A stretch of DNA of 63,265 nucleotides, filler included, from Reticulomyxa filosa (GCA_000512085.1; 19 parts of 19 records of this genome joined end to end with filler, not necessarily neighbours in it), one strand, 5' to 3'. Counted from the first letter of the whole stretch, positions 25,498 through 39,428 are shown. Notes: generated by a model not told the origin, from the sequence alone. Translations and numbers: made by a program.

Positions 25498-26507
25498 NNN
25501 NNNNNNNNNNNNNNNNNNNNNNNNNNNNNNNNNNNNNNNNNTTAATTAATTAANNNNNNNNNNNNNNNNNNNNNNNNNNNNNNNNNNNNNNNNNNNNTTA
25601 ATTCAATTTCTTCTTTTTCTTCTTTTGACTGATTCAATCACCAAACAAGAAAAAAAAATCAAGAAAAAAAACTTTAAGGATATATATAGCTTACCAATGC
25701 TATACAAGTTGAAGTTTCTTGTTTCTTGATAAGGTTCATTCTTTCAACTTCTACTGAGAATGTTATTAGATAATGTAAGATGAAAAATATTTAACCTTTT
25801 TTTATCTCAAATTCAAAAGGGAACAATTTATTTGAGTTATTTTAAGGGATTTATAATTATTTTTCTTTAATAACAACTTTTTCTCCTCCACCCCATAAGA
25901 AAATAAAATGAGTAATTCAATCCATTGAGCGTATTCAACTGTATTTTACGATTTTGGACACAAATCGTATATCCATTCCACCAATATTTTGTTAGCTATA
26001 CAACTCAAAAGCTGCGAAGATAAAATATAAAGTCAGTTGATTTTTGGTGTTTAAAATGTACGTAATTTATTTTGATTATTCATAGCTTTGCTTAGCTTTA
26101 TATGTTACGAATAATTTGGTTTGGAAGATTAGATTTGTGTTATGGACTATTGCTTTAACCAAAAGAAAGACATAGCTTTTTTGTTTTAATTATTTGTTGT
26201 GAACCTAGCCAGAGCCGCTCCAATTGAAGAAAAATATTACAAACACGATGTAATGATGGTAGAATGTGAAATACTTTTTTTTCCTCTCCTTTTGGAATGC
26301 ATATAAAAACAACTTTTACTCCCTTTCTAAGAATTTGCAAGGAGAAAAAGGGGAAGGACAAGAGTACTGTAAAAAGGGTGGGGTGGGCATGATAAAAACA
26401 AAAGACAAAAAAAAAAATCAATAACAAAGGTAGAAAAATGGAACCTCCCAAAAAAAAAAACCAACAAAAAACACAAGTAACGAAATGGCCAACTTGTTTA
26501 ATAATAA

Positions 26508-27131
26508 TTAGTAAAATCCATGGTGACTTGTCGAGCTCTCAATCTTTGTTTTCGTTTCAACATGGAACTTCGTTGCCAAACATCCAAACCAGCAGCAGAC
26601 ACGACAATTAAATTCATCACCATAGCGGCCAACATCGCCAGGAAACGAATCTGAAAATGATAAAACAAATAAAGCAAATGAACAGATGAATAAATGAATC
26701 AATGAAAATAATAATAGTGATAGTAATAATGTCAATTGCAAAAAAAAAAAAAAAAAAAAAAAAAGAACGAAACAAAGATGGAAGGATGCAAAGCAATGAC
26801 TAAATAATCTTGGAAATAAGCTAAAGTGGTATAAAAGACAGGCATGCACAAGACGGCGAAAATGGAAGTGTCGATTTGGAGTAACTCGCGGTCGGCAACT
26901 CCCGCGCCGACAATGTAAGAAGTGCAAATGGTCAAAGGGACCTGCCAACATACTGTCAAGCACCACAGCTCCACTCGAGACAACCACGACATATCAAACA
27001 ACAGTAAGCTAATGGTCAATGTGGACAACACACTGCCAAGGCCTATCCCAATGCTTCCACCAATTATTTGATTCGATGCCACACGGTCGTCAATTGCCAA
27101 CTTTGAAATTATATGTATATATATATATATA
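26508..27131 (-). CDS. Multi-pass membrane protein fragment, unknown family, 5' partial
   Basis: Hydrophobic ORF 26732-27100 with 3-4 TM-like stretches, a poly-T intron, and a probable last exon ending at 26508. Confidence 0.45.
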
Positions 27132-28864
27132 NNNNNNNNNNNNNNNNNNNNNNNNNNNNNNNNNNNNNNNNNNNNTTAATTAATTAANNNNNNNNNNNNN
27201 NNNNNNNNNNNNNNNNNNNNNNNNNNNNNNNCTGCAAACTGAACAAAAAGTCATTGTTGCGCGATATCACATCATTCAACAATTTGTGCATCACATCACT
27301 TCGTTTTGCCACTGTCTTGTAAAACAGTTCGTTCGATAATCTCAAGTCGCCCGTTTGAACGTTCAATGTCTCGCTTGCAGATTGTCCTCTGTTTGTGCTT
27401 TCTTTAATGTCTGCATCATGTACAATACAACTTTTTTTTTATGGAAAAAAAATAATGAACAGAAAAGAGATATTACCATGATAATTTTTCAGTAGTTTTT
27501 TTTTTTTACTACGAAAAACTTAACCTTTTAAAAAAAAAACTAGATAGTATAGTACTTTCAACAGTCTTAAAAATAAGATACTTAACTTGCATATTGTGCG
27601 ATTGGATATGCATTAGATAAAAGTTTTGGAGTGATCAGTTATCAGTACAAATTACAAAAAAAAGACATTAACATAAAATACACATCTATGAACCAGATTA
27701 TGGCACTAGTTTAGCTTGTAAAGTTTTTTGCCTATCGAATCAGTTGGCCGCAAGGCAGTGCTGCAAAAATTGAGTTATTGAACTTTTTATAGGCTTATAC
27801 TTTCTGTACTTATTCAATATACATCATACACTATTAAACTGCATGATAACTAGCTTTGTATTTTTTTTGCTTATATGCTTATATTTTGTACACATTATCA
27901 AATCTTTTATTTGCTTATTCCATTGTGCTAATAAAACGATACATAATTATAACATAGTACGCTTGCTAAAAAGAAGACATATAATCCAGGTCTTCAAGAA
28001 AAAGAAGAAGCAAAGATATGTACGTGACAAGATTGATACATGTTTCAATAAATTTTTTTAAATATTGACAAGCTGTTTTGATTGTAGTGCTATTCAAGCG
28101 ATCTCCTTTGGTCAAAAAACATTACCTTTACACAAAAACAAAAATTACATTCTCGTATTGACCATGATTTTGTCTTTAAATATCTCGTGCAAGGACTCGA
28201 ATGAAATCACAATTTTCAATTACAAAGCAATGTTTCAGGAACATCGTATCAAACTGTGAACATTTAATGATAATATTCTTTTGAAACGCAATTTATTCTT
28301 GAAGCGAATTTTCAAAATTGTTGTTAAATCTTCTTATCCCGTAGTGATTATAGCAATTGGCGTACACCCAATCAAACATCACTTTCGTATTGACTTTGAT
28401 TAGTTCTTGCAATTCTGAGTCTTGGGATAGCTTTTGTATCAATGCCTCTTGAGCGATTTCCTCGTTCGAATACTATCGTTTTAAACAAAGCTTTTCCATT
28501 GACCTTCTAAGCTTTCTTTTGAGTATTTGTCATCCTCTTTGTCTTTCGTTTCATTTGCATTATTCTGTTCAGTTGTATCTTTCTCTTTGTTTTCTCCTTT
28601 GTTTCGCTTGTCTCTGGAGACTACTGATTGTTGTGTCAACTTTGTGGCTGGATCAGCAGTTGTTGTTTCCTGTGGTGTAGTGGCTTGTTCAGATTATGGA
28701 GGAACTGGTTATTGTTGTTGTCGGTTACATTGCTTACTTCGACAATTGCAAGTTGATTAATCAANNNNNNNNNNNNNNNNNNNNNNNNNNNNNNNNNNNN
28801 NNNNNNNNTTAATTAATTAANNNNNNNNNNNNNNNNNNNNNNNNNNNNNNNNNNNNNNNNNNNN

Positions 28865-28895
28865 GAATTCCGGGTTTTTTAAAAACCCGGAATTC
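28865..28895. repeat. Perfect 15-bp inverted repeat at a contig start
   Basis: GAATTCCGGGTTTTT-T-AAAAACCCGGAATTC. Confidence 0.9.
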
Positions 28896-28953
28896 AAACC
28901 CTTTCGGTTCCAACGTTGACGACAAAATGATATGAAAGGAAAGAAAAGTACTA

Positions 28954-31639
28954 TTGCATGGCCTCGGAAGCGATAAAAAATGGAAAACTCCGAAAGAAAT
29001 GAAAGAAAATGACTTGGCCGATTTGATCAATAGCCTCGAGTCTCTCATTATTTCAAAAGATTCCAAAAGGACACTTGTAAAAAAATCTTTTATTATTTAT
29101 ACGTACCATATGCCAAATAAGCAAACAAAGCCAAATTAACCTCAATTAAAAAAAAAATATATAAATAAATAAATAAAGATAAAAACAATATCAAAATATC
29201 TGACGAAAGAGTTGTATCCTCATCAAGTCCAAGCGCTACAATGGCTGACAGAACGCGAGGAAACACGCGACACGAAGGAGCCCAAGGGCGGGATAATCGC
29301 AGACGAAATGGGATTGGGCAAAACGATTCAAATGATTGCATTGATGTTACGTGAAAAAGTGGATGAAAGGGAGAAGAATAGAATGGGACCACCAAAAAAA
29401 GAAGAAGAAGAAAAAACAACAACAAATGAAAGTCAAGACAAGAACAAACTTTACAGCGACGGCACACTGGTGATTTGTCCATTGTCAGTAATGGATCATT
29501 GGGCGAAGGAAATCGAGTCGTTTGTCAAAGACAAGGGATTGACGGTATATAAATATCACGGGTCGTCGCGACTCAATGACGCGTTAGAACTGACTCGCTG
29601 CAATTTTGGCGTGGTGCTGACCACATATGGTTGCGTGCAGGCCGACTATACGGCATATCGCAAGAAAGTGGTTGCACTTAAAACTACATTAAAGGCGTTA
29701 CAAAGTCGCATTGGCGATCCTCGCAAGGAAAAGGATAGGGACAAGAATAAGAATAAGAATAAGAATAAGAACAAGAGTATAGAGAGTGACGACAGTGATG
29801 AAGACGGTGCTAACGCATTGGAACAGCAGTGCAAACGCACGCAATTGAAACTCGTGGATTGTATTCACTCCACACAAGACCACGTGTTGGCACGTATCCA
29901 TTGGAGACGCGTCATTTTGGACGAGGCGCACACCATCAAAAATCCCAAGTCGCAAACGCATAAAGCCGTGTGCAGCTTGGAATGCGATTTTCGATGGTTC
30001 GTCACTGGCACACCCATTCAAAACTCGCTGGACGATTTGTATGCCGCCTTTCATTTCCTGCGCTTTGCTCCATACTCGGACTATTCTTTTTGGAAAAAGT
30101 ACATTTTCCAAAACCCGGATGGAATATCTTTATTAAAAGTTTTATTTGTTTTGTTTTGTTTTTTCATCCATTTGCTTTGCCTTTGCCTTTGGTTTATGTT
30201 ATGTCTGCATACATTTTGAACATTGGAACACTTTAGAAGTTACTTGGCTCTATCATGTTGCGACGCTGCAAAAGCGGGTCGCTTTCGAAACCTTTGGTGC
30301 AATTGCCGTCCAAGCAGTTGATTACACATGAAATTGACTTTACCGATCTCGAGAGCCAAATGTACAAACGTTTGCATACGTACATGACCAAACTGTTTGC
30401 GCAGTACGTCGCGCAAAACACCGTGGGGACGCACTTTAGCAGGTGCTTGTCCATGTTGCTACGTCTCAGGCAAGCCTGCAATGACTTTCGGCTTTTGCCC
30501 GTTTCATTGGTCGAGCGTCTCGCTCAGCAATATGACACTCCACAAGGTGTCGTCGATCTCTCCAAGTTTTTGGATTCTTCCTGCTCAAGTTTATTTGGAG
30601 TTTGTTTTTTTTTTTCATCTGTTACAATCAAAATGCAATTGTTTTGTGTTTTCAATTCTATGTATCACACAAACTCTTCAACGAAGCTTTCAATTCCATT
30701 TGTCCCATTTGCTTGGATTCCATCTCTACGCAACAGAAATCGATGTCTGTCCCGTGTGGTCACAGTTTCGTGTTTTCACAACAACAAAAAAAAAAAAAAA
30801 AAACGAAATGAATGATATAATATAGCTTATTGCACTGAATGCATTGGCCAATGGATGGAAAAGGAACAGGAAGAAGACGAAGAAAATGAATCAAAATGCC
30901 CGATTTGCCATACACGATTGCGCAATAAAGATATAAAACTCGTCGAAGAAGAAGAAGAAGAAGGCAAACACAGTGCCAATACATACTTACACTTGCTTAT
31001 ACACAGGTCGTCCAAACTAAGCAAATTGGTATTTTTACTCAAACAATCGCTGGACAAAAATCCAAATGACAAATGCTGCGTCTTTTCTCAATGGACCGAA
31101 ATGCTAGATTTGGTCCAAACAGAATTGACCAAAGCCGGATATCAATATGCCAGACTGGATGGTACTATGACTGCCAAGAAAAGAGCAGCTCAAATTGATC
31201 AGTTTGCCAACAATCCTAAATGTTTGATCTTTTTAATTTCTTTGAAAGCTGGTGGAGTTGGACTTAATTTGACTTGTGCCAATACCATATTCATGTTGGA
31301 CATTTGGTGGAATCCTGCCATTGAAAATCAGGCTTGCACTGTCGCTTTTTTGTTGTTGTTGTTGTTGTTATTGTTGTTGTTATTGTATTCTGTTGCATTT
31401 GTTAATTTCGTCCTTTCATTTTTGTTCCACAGGCATTTGACCGTGTCCACAGAATCGGACAAACTAAACCTGTGACGATACATCGCCTTATTGTCAACAA
31501 CAGCGTTGAGCAAAGAGTATTGAAACTACAAGACAACAAAAAGAAGACGGCACAGAATATTCTGGCACATAGCTCTCAGGACAAACACGATTTTTCACAA
31601 AATTTGAGGGCACAAGATTTGGCCGAGTTATTTATTTGA
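28954..31639 (+). CDS. SNF2-family helicase with RING insertion (Rad5/Rad16-like)
   Basis: LYPHQVQALQWL, GGIIADEMGLGKT, TLVICPLS, WRRVILDEAHTIKN, TGTPIQNS, LLRLRQACN, RING CPICLD...CGH...C..C...CPIC, VFSQW, RLDGTM, LISLKAGGVGLNLTCAN, WWNPAIENQA-FDRVHRIGQ. Start uncertain. Confidence 0.95.
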
Positions 31640-32125
31640 ATTGCCTTTAGTTGTGTTCTCTCCTATTTAATTGGCAAACATCCAAAAAAAAAAAAAAAAA
31701 AAGTAAGTAACTTCTTTTTTAATTTTGTATCTTTGCCAAAAGTACTTGTATTTTCACCTTGTTCAAAGCAAATTTCTTCTGCAACTCACAATCAAGTTGA
31801 AGTTACAGGTTTTTTAAATAGTGCCTATCTGGTATGGAAGAAATATTGTGTTGATGATATTCTGAGAAAAGTACTCACCTGAAATAAAAAGGAAATCACA
31901 ATACTCTTGGTAATTTAAAAGAAAAAAACGCATATAAATTAATTGTGGTTCATGTTGTACTTTTTTTTAAGAAAATTCTACAGTTATTTTGTTAACACAA
32001 TTGGAATGAATAAAATATCGACATATCAACAACTTACTGTTCCTTATTGTTTCGAAAGATCAAAAATAGTTAATATTTTTTTTCCTGAGGAAGTTTTTGA
32101 GAGAAAGACTCCAAGAAAAAGAAAA

Positions 32126-33411
32126 TCACAGCTTGGACAAAATTTCTTGGTTGTGTTCGCCAAGCTTTGGGCCAGGTTTTGCTTGAAATTCCACACCAGA
32201 TTTCATATTTAATGGTGTCTTTGGGACAGTCAGTGAAGACGTTTGCGATGGTTTGCCATCTTTGGAATTGCCGACAATGGTCAAAGTGACGTCTAAATTT
32301 CTGGCTTTCAATTGAGGATCTTTTTCGCTAACTTTTTCACTCAAGTTAACAATTTCAACGCACGCATCGAATTTGGAAAAGATTTCTTTCCACTCTTGTG
32401 AAGTTTTCGATTTAAAGATACTGGTGAGTTCGGCTTTGACCTCATTTCCTCCTTTTTCCATGCTTAACAGTCCTTTATGTTTCAAATGCATACAGCCAAG
32501 AGCTTGACACGTTTGGATCCAAAACTTGGGTTCCAAGCATCCGAGCGAAATAAAAGCGTTTTTGTCTTTGCACTCATAGACTTGATAGCAAGGTACATCT
32601 CCATTCAACACATACTTGCCTAACGATACCTTTTGTTCGTTATTGTAGTTCGCTATGGACTGTTGGAAGGGCATCAGCGCATAAGATCCATCAGTCATAG
32701 ACACGTCAATTATGTTTCCTTTGCGAAGGGGGTCCTTTTCACGCGCGAACAAACATGTTGCAATTTGAAACGCTGCGGGATAGGCCCCTGCGCAAAAGTC
32801 TGCCACGGGTGTTGGTGGCAACTCTGGTCTTTTCATCAATCCTAAAAGTCCTGAACGACTTAAATAATTGATGTCATGTCCAGCACGAAGACGGTCTGGG
32901 CCTTTATTTTATTTTATTTTTTATTTTTTATTATTTATTTATTTATTTTTTTTTTTTTTTGGAGGGGGGATTGTAGTGTGTTTTGTGTCGCTTAATGATC
33001 CCCATCCTTTTTTTTCCGGTCATGAGTACCTGTTTGACCATACCCACTGATTCGACAAATAATCAAGGAAGGAAACTCTTGCAGCAATAGCTCGGGACCG
33101 AAACCTAGATTTTCGAGTACCCCAGGACGAAACGACTCAATCAATACGTCCGCTGTTCCTAACAATTTCTTAAACGTTTTTTTGTCTTGCTCTTTTTTCA
33201 AATCCAATACTACTGATTTTTTTCCACGATTTACGGCGTGAAATATAGCTGTATTTCCGTCAACGCATGGCCATAGACCGTGACGGCTGTAATCCCCGTC
33301 TTTGGGATCTTCAATTTTAATCACTTCCGCTCCCAAGTCTGCTAATAATTGTGTTGCAAAAGGCCCTGGAAGCAATCTTGTCAAATCTAAAACACGAATG
33401 TTTGATAACAT
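32126..33411 (-). CDS. Alpha-methylacyl-CoA racemase / CaiB-BaiF family III CoA-transferase with PTS1 SKL
   Basis: RVLDLTRLLPGP, LADLGAEVIKIE, NRGKKSVVLDLK, DVLIESFRPGV, SGYGQTGP..RAGHDINY (joined across one intron), ADFCAG, DVSMTDG. Ends EILSKL*. Confidence 0.93.
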
Positions 33412-34131
33412 TTGATCTCTTGATTCGTTTAAAGCTATAATACTCAAGGCTCTTCTTCAATCAAATAAAAATGATGAGTTGTTCGCCCTTTTAAACAAAA
33501 AAACTGGTTTTGTTAGTGACTAACAATTTTTAGCCTAATTGAGTCATTTCCAGCTCGAAACATCAAGCCAATCTATAGATAATGTTAAAAACCTTTTTTC
33601 CGCATATGCTCAAAGAATCTTTCTTTTTTGATGACTATAAGCAATAAAGCTTATTTCTACACACATCACTTTAAAACAAATAGTATATTATTTATAAATA
33701 TATTGGATTAAATGTAGTAAGCTATATATTGTAGAAAATCTGAAACTTTGCTAATTTTAAATTTTTCATCCATTTGAGGGTTTATTTGGCATATTTAGAT
33801 CTCCTTTTTTATTCATTGTTCCAATGCAATTTTCAAAAATACTATACACAAATGAATGTTAAAATCGTGCGCTAGTTATTCCAAAAAAAAATTAACAAAA
33901 CAATCATCAAGTTATAATAATTTTCATAAAGATTGAAAAATATATTCTCATTTTATTTATTTATTTTATCATTAAAAAAAATATTTATAAAAGAACTATT
34001 TTGTGTGCATATGTTGCGATTATTTTTTGTAAATTCAAAAACTTCACTTTTCCAAAAGATTTTATTTCATAAATGTATTCCTTTAAAGATAAAGTAATTC
34101 CTGACAACATGAAGGAAAACAACAAAACAAT

Positions 34132-34358
34132 TGTAGGACAAGCCCTTATCACGCACGGCTGAACGCTTATGGAACTGAGGAGCTCCCTTTGGGTTAAACC
34201 TCCTCAACAAACTACCTCTTACTTACTTGCTTTCTTTACTTTCTTTTGTCCTTTGATTTATTCTTTAATTTACTTTTGTTTACTGAAAGTCACTCTCATT
34301 TCGAGTAACAATCTTTCGTATTACATTTAGTGAAGCTCTTCACCGTAGACTCCCCACA
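34132..34358 (-). mobile_element. Solo-LTR-like element, copy 3 (227 bp)
   Basis: Plus strand reads TGTAGG...TCCCCACA. Same length as and collinear with copy 2 (5010-5236). No target-site duplication (CAAT/GCGC). Confidence 0.7.
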
Positions 34359-37183
34359 GCGCTCAAGAAAACATACTCTGAAGGGGTGTTGACGTTAGAA
34401 AAAAACAAAGTGGGATCATTGATACAAATAATCCAGAATAGCAAGAGTATTTCGTTTTGTGACGTGTGAAAAAACACAAAACACAATAAAATTTGTTGAT
34501 AGCAGTACTAAAATAATTCAAAGATAATCACACAATACAATTAAGCATTTGTGTGTACATAAGCTAATGACATCAAAGTTATTAATAACGAGATATTACA
34601 AACTTCAGATCAATTTTTCATCTTTTTTGGAACTGTTGAAAATTTTTTTTCTATTTTTTTCTTTAAAACATTTTTAAAAATCAAAACAGAACAAGTGGTT
34701 GAAAATATAATAGGTCGTTTATATATACGTGTAAATGTTTTATTTATTTATAAAAAAAAAGATTATGATATCAGAATTTTCACTGGAAAACAAATTTTGA
34801 GAACACAAAATGGATGATAAGACAGCATTATAATGGTTGACAGAATTATAACATAGTGCAATTTTGTGGGAACTATTGTACTTGTTATAACAGTGGCAAA
34901 AGTCAAATTGAAAATATAAAGAATTGCAAGAAGATATGATGAAATATATTTGAAGTACTGAATTATACAAAGATTTTCAACAACTAGAAGTTTGTTTTTA
35001 TGTAATTATTTATCACAAATGAGTAGATAGGCATTATCAGATGTTGTTGATACTGTTTTATGGTAATGACAAAAAATATAACTTTATTTTATTTTATTTT
35101 AATAAAGGTAATAGAATGATAAAAAAAGGAGTCAAATTGCAAAGCGTTCATTGATCCAGATTTTAAATAAATTAAATGAAAGTGCCGGATAAGTACGAAG
35201 AATAATGATAATATAGTATAATTATTTCAAGACAAAAACGTGTTTAGTATATTTGAAAACTAATTTAAAAAAATTAGCTACAAATGACTAATTGAGTATG
35301 TAAATGTAAATATCAAACTTTGCAAAAATAAAGCTATATGTGCAATAACAATTATGTGATAATATTACAAAGTAGTATTTATATATAATTTAGAATAACA
35401 TTAGTTAAATGCATAACACATCGCAACATATCAAACATAATACAAGCACAAATATATAAAATTAATATTTTATCATATACCTAATTTCTTTTTAAACTTT
35501 ATAAATAAATTACACATTAGCAACAATAGAATTGTATTTTGATTTAATTTGAAAACAGTATATTTGTAAACAAGAAGAGCCTAAATAGCATTTTACATTG
35601 ATAATAATTTCAAATGATATTATAACTAAACATCAAAGCACAACAAACGCAATAAAATCATGAAAAATAGTCATTTAAGTCAGACATTTTAATATCAAAC
35701 GTCAATGTCTTTATGAAAAAATACTAACTTCGAATTGATTTTATGCTTTTGATTGCTTTGATTTTATGCTTTCGATTACTTTAATATTCTCAAAAAATTG
35801 GATTGGCATAGAATTGAAAAAAATGAAAACAAAGAAATGGTTCGGTTTTGCAGTTTAACAATTTTTTGTTTTATTTTTTTCAATTCTATGCCAATCCAAT
35901 TTTTTTTTAACGTTACGATTGCACTTATTTGTGCTGATACTTGCATATATTTTTTATTTTGTGTTTGCTTTAAGCAAAAGTAATGTTGCTCTAAGATGAT
36001 TAGTTGTGTTTATTTTTGAGCATTTGAATTTTAGAACATACAGATTTTTAATGATGTTGGTTTTTTTAGTAAAGAAATGATTTATATTTCTTCAAGAGGC
36101 TGAGGTAAGTGATTGAATACTTTTATGCTGCATTTTAACTTGACACTACCTAGTGTAAGATATACTTAAAAATTTGCAATAAAGATGGACAGCTTCAATG
36201 CATTAATTGCACATCGAAAGAAAATATGTTTGTACTTCGCAATGTGATATCCCTCAATTTTAAAAGTAGAAAACGTGTATGTGTTGTTTTGCAATCTGAT
36301 TCTCCACTATGTTAACTATACACTCGTGTTCGTACCAGACGTGAAAGATGGTCAACATACGCTGCTGATACGGACAAATTGCAAGAGTGCTATGTCACAA
36401 GAACAGTATGTATTCATTTGTTTTGATCTCTGAAAATGATAGTTGATTAGATCCATAATACCACTCGTTCAATTAAAATATAGTTTAGTTATTCAAGTCG
36501 GACCGTGTAATATTCAAGCGCTGTGCTTTTTATTGTTGTTTAGAGGGACCAGAATGTAAAAAAATTCTTTCTGCAATGAACTCGTGTAACTAGACAAAAA
36601 CTAGTTCTTGTTTGAGTGTATTATTTTCATCCAAAGAAAGGCAAAGTGTAAATGTTGTAATGATGGTTAAAAATAGAATTCGCAACATTAATAAACAAGT
36701 CAGCAAATTGCTTTTTTTGAAAATTAAAAATTTGTTGATTTTTTCGTTGGAAACTATATGTTGGATTATTTGAAAGATATCTCACATTTTTACTTGTTTT
36801 CAAAAATTTCTTATATTTTGTTTACGTATATCTTGATATGAATTAATCAAGAGAACGTGTTGATTCAGTAGTAAGAAGACGTTCCGAAAATAAAGGTACA
36901 TTTTTTTTCTGAGTGTTAGTCCAGCTGTTAACACCCAGCTTTAAACCATTCCAAACATGTTTGCTTCTACACAAAAAAGAAATGTACTAACTTTGTAGTA
37001 TTAGCAAAGATGAACAAATTTGAAAGAGTATAAGAAACGTGTTGCACAAGATTTTTTACAGTTTGTATGAAAGAGTATTTGCANNNNNNNNNNNNNNNNN
37101 NNNNNNNNNNNNNNNNNNNNNNNNNNNTTAATTAATTAANNNNNNNNNNNNNNNNNNNNNNNNNNNNNNNNNNNNNNNNNNNN

Positions 37184-39230
37184 TGTGAATTGCTTTCTGT
37201 GTGAATTCAAGTTCGTTTGGTAGTGTTTCATCATTTCCAAAGCAATATTTTTTAACTCTTTTGTTGTCATCGACGGGATTTGATGCATAATCATTTGATT
37301 CATTTTGGTAGCATCCAAAGGCCAATTGGAAATTCCAACAAAAGATATCTTTGGATCTTCCAAGAGTTGATGCAATATTTTTAAAGGAGAATGCTTTGAA
37401 TGTTCGGCCAATCCAATTTCATCTAGCAGCAATATTGGCTTGGTTCGATTGTCGTCGCTGTGGCCATTGCTTGACCCCATCGTTCTTTAATTCTCTGTGG
37501 TTTGCTATCACAAGTGCATTGGAATGCAATAGTATGAATTGGTTTTACATGGAAAGATATACCATTTGCATGTAATCTTTTTTCAAATTCCGTTTTATTG
37601 TGCGAAAGATTATCACGAACAATTTGAAAAGATAGAGTCTTTGAGGTGCCTGGTTTGCCCACCAAAACAATTGGAGTGGTTGTGATAATGGACATGAATA
37701 AAATGAACAGATTTTCTTTTAATCCTTGGTTCAGCGCAACACCTGGAGGGATTATGAATGATTTGCACAATTTGTCTATTTCGCTCTCCAAGAGATTGTT
37801 AAATGCAATACCCGTGGAGGACAATTTTTTACTCAATTGTCGTCTTTCGTCAATGTTTAATTGAAAGTAATAACATAATCCAATGGCAATGTTCAAACTT
37901 CGACATATCCAAGGAAGATTATCATTATTTAATACAAAACATTGTTTTCATCAACCATTCAAATATCTTTAGACATCTTGATACATCTCGCAATGAGACA
38001 ATAGCTTTACATCTCAAATGTGTGCGTAAGAACATTTGAGCTGTTGCAATCTTTTCCGAAATTTTACTTTTCCATTTTTCAAAATCTTCATATAATACAA
38101 ACAGAAGCCCACTTTTCACTTGGTTCTCGTTTTCACAATGGTATTTTCATTTCGTTCAATGTATGATTACACACCAATTCATTCAACCAACCAATATCTG
38201 GATAATTGTTGATTTCATCCAAAAATATCCATTGTTCCCAATCTTTCTCACTCTTTTCTTTTTCTCCCGTTTTGTCTACGCATGCTTTGACAACCCTCCG
38301 AAGATCTTGCCTCCCAAATCCGTCGTGTACGTCAACAGCTTGCAAGGAAACATGAGCCACTTTGGCCAGACATTTGATCAATGATGTCTTTCCACAGCCT
38401 GTCTCACCCATTAAAATGATCGGCGTATTAGATCGTATCCGCAAATATATTGCAATCATTTTCAATATATTGTCGTACGTTAGCACGTAATGTTGGAACT
38501 CTCCAATTTTCATATTTTCGATTGCCATTTGATTTGACATGAGCTCCATTCCCCATAATTCCACTTTGATCTTTGTCTTTAGTGTTTCTTTTGTACCGAC
38601 GATGCGAAATAATAACTCTGTTTTTTTGTCTTTTTCTTTGATATCATCATTTACGATTGACGTATTTTGCTTTGTCTATTCAAATTTTGTGTGAGTGTGT
38701 ATTTTTAAGAGACGTATACATATACTCGTATTTAAAAACAAAAAAAGACCCATTGGGTTGCAGTCGCTTATTTCGGGATTTCATTTCATTCCAGCTCAAA
38801 AGCATAAAACCCAAAGCATGCAATGCTTGCAAACATTGTTGAGATATCGACCCTGTGTCATTGATTAGCATTAAAATTGAACCCTTTTTTTTTCACAACA
38901 GATGCCGTATTAATATATGATATTGTGCACATTTGATTACTTTTTTTTTTTTTAAATTGAAAACAAATCTCCAATAAATTGAGCAAACCTGAGTCATCCT
39001 GATTGACCAAATAGAGAAACTCTTTGGAGGTAAAACTCGTTCTATTCTTCACTATCTTCAATACTGTTTCGCTTGCGCACGTCCCCTCTCTCGTACAATC
39101 GACTGGAAAGTCTGTGCTGATTGCAATGATCGATTTGGTGACTTCGTGTTTGAAATGCAGAGGCCATTGGCGACTTTCCTCGTCTCCATTTTGTAAAAAA
39201 ACAGAGTCTGCCAAATGAGTAAATTGCCCG
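37184..39230 (-). pseudogene. RNF213/mysterin-like tandem AAA+ ATPase fragment, disrupted
   Basis: YVLTYDNILKM, PIILMGETGCGKTSLI, WIFLDEIN, VSLRDVSRC, VALNQGLKENLF, LVGKPGTSKTLS, LLLDEIGLAEHSKHSPLKILHQLLE and FVGISNWPLDATKMNQ match the RNF213 AAA core in order. Several frameshifts/stops, and the AACNPYR segment appears to be missing. Confidence 0.8.
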
Positions 39231-39428
39231 NNNNNNNNNNNNNNNNNNNNNNNNNNNNNNNNNNNNNNNNNNNNTTAATTAATTAANNNNNNNNNNNNNN
39301 NNNNNNNNNNNNNNNNNNNNNNNNNNNNNNTTTTTTTTTTTTTTTTTGCAAGGTAATATTAAAAAAAAAAAAAAAGAGTTATATAGTTTTCGAATGTATA
39401 CGTACATCGAGCAATTGACTGAAATATT

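Noticed and set aside
34360-37083. Long AT-rich stretch as a candidate ncRNA or hidden gene
   Set aside because: Only short low-complexity ORFs and a ~23-bp tandem duplication (~35737-35782). No tRNA/rRNA-like structure recognised.
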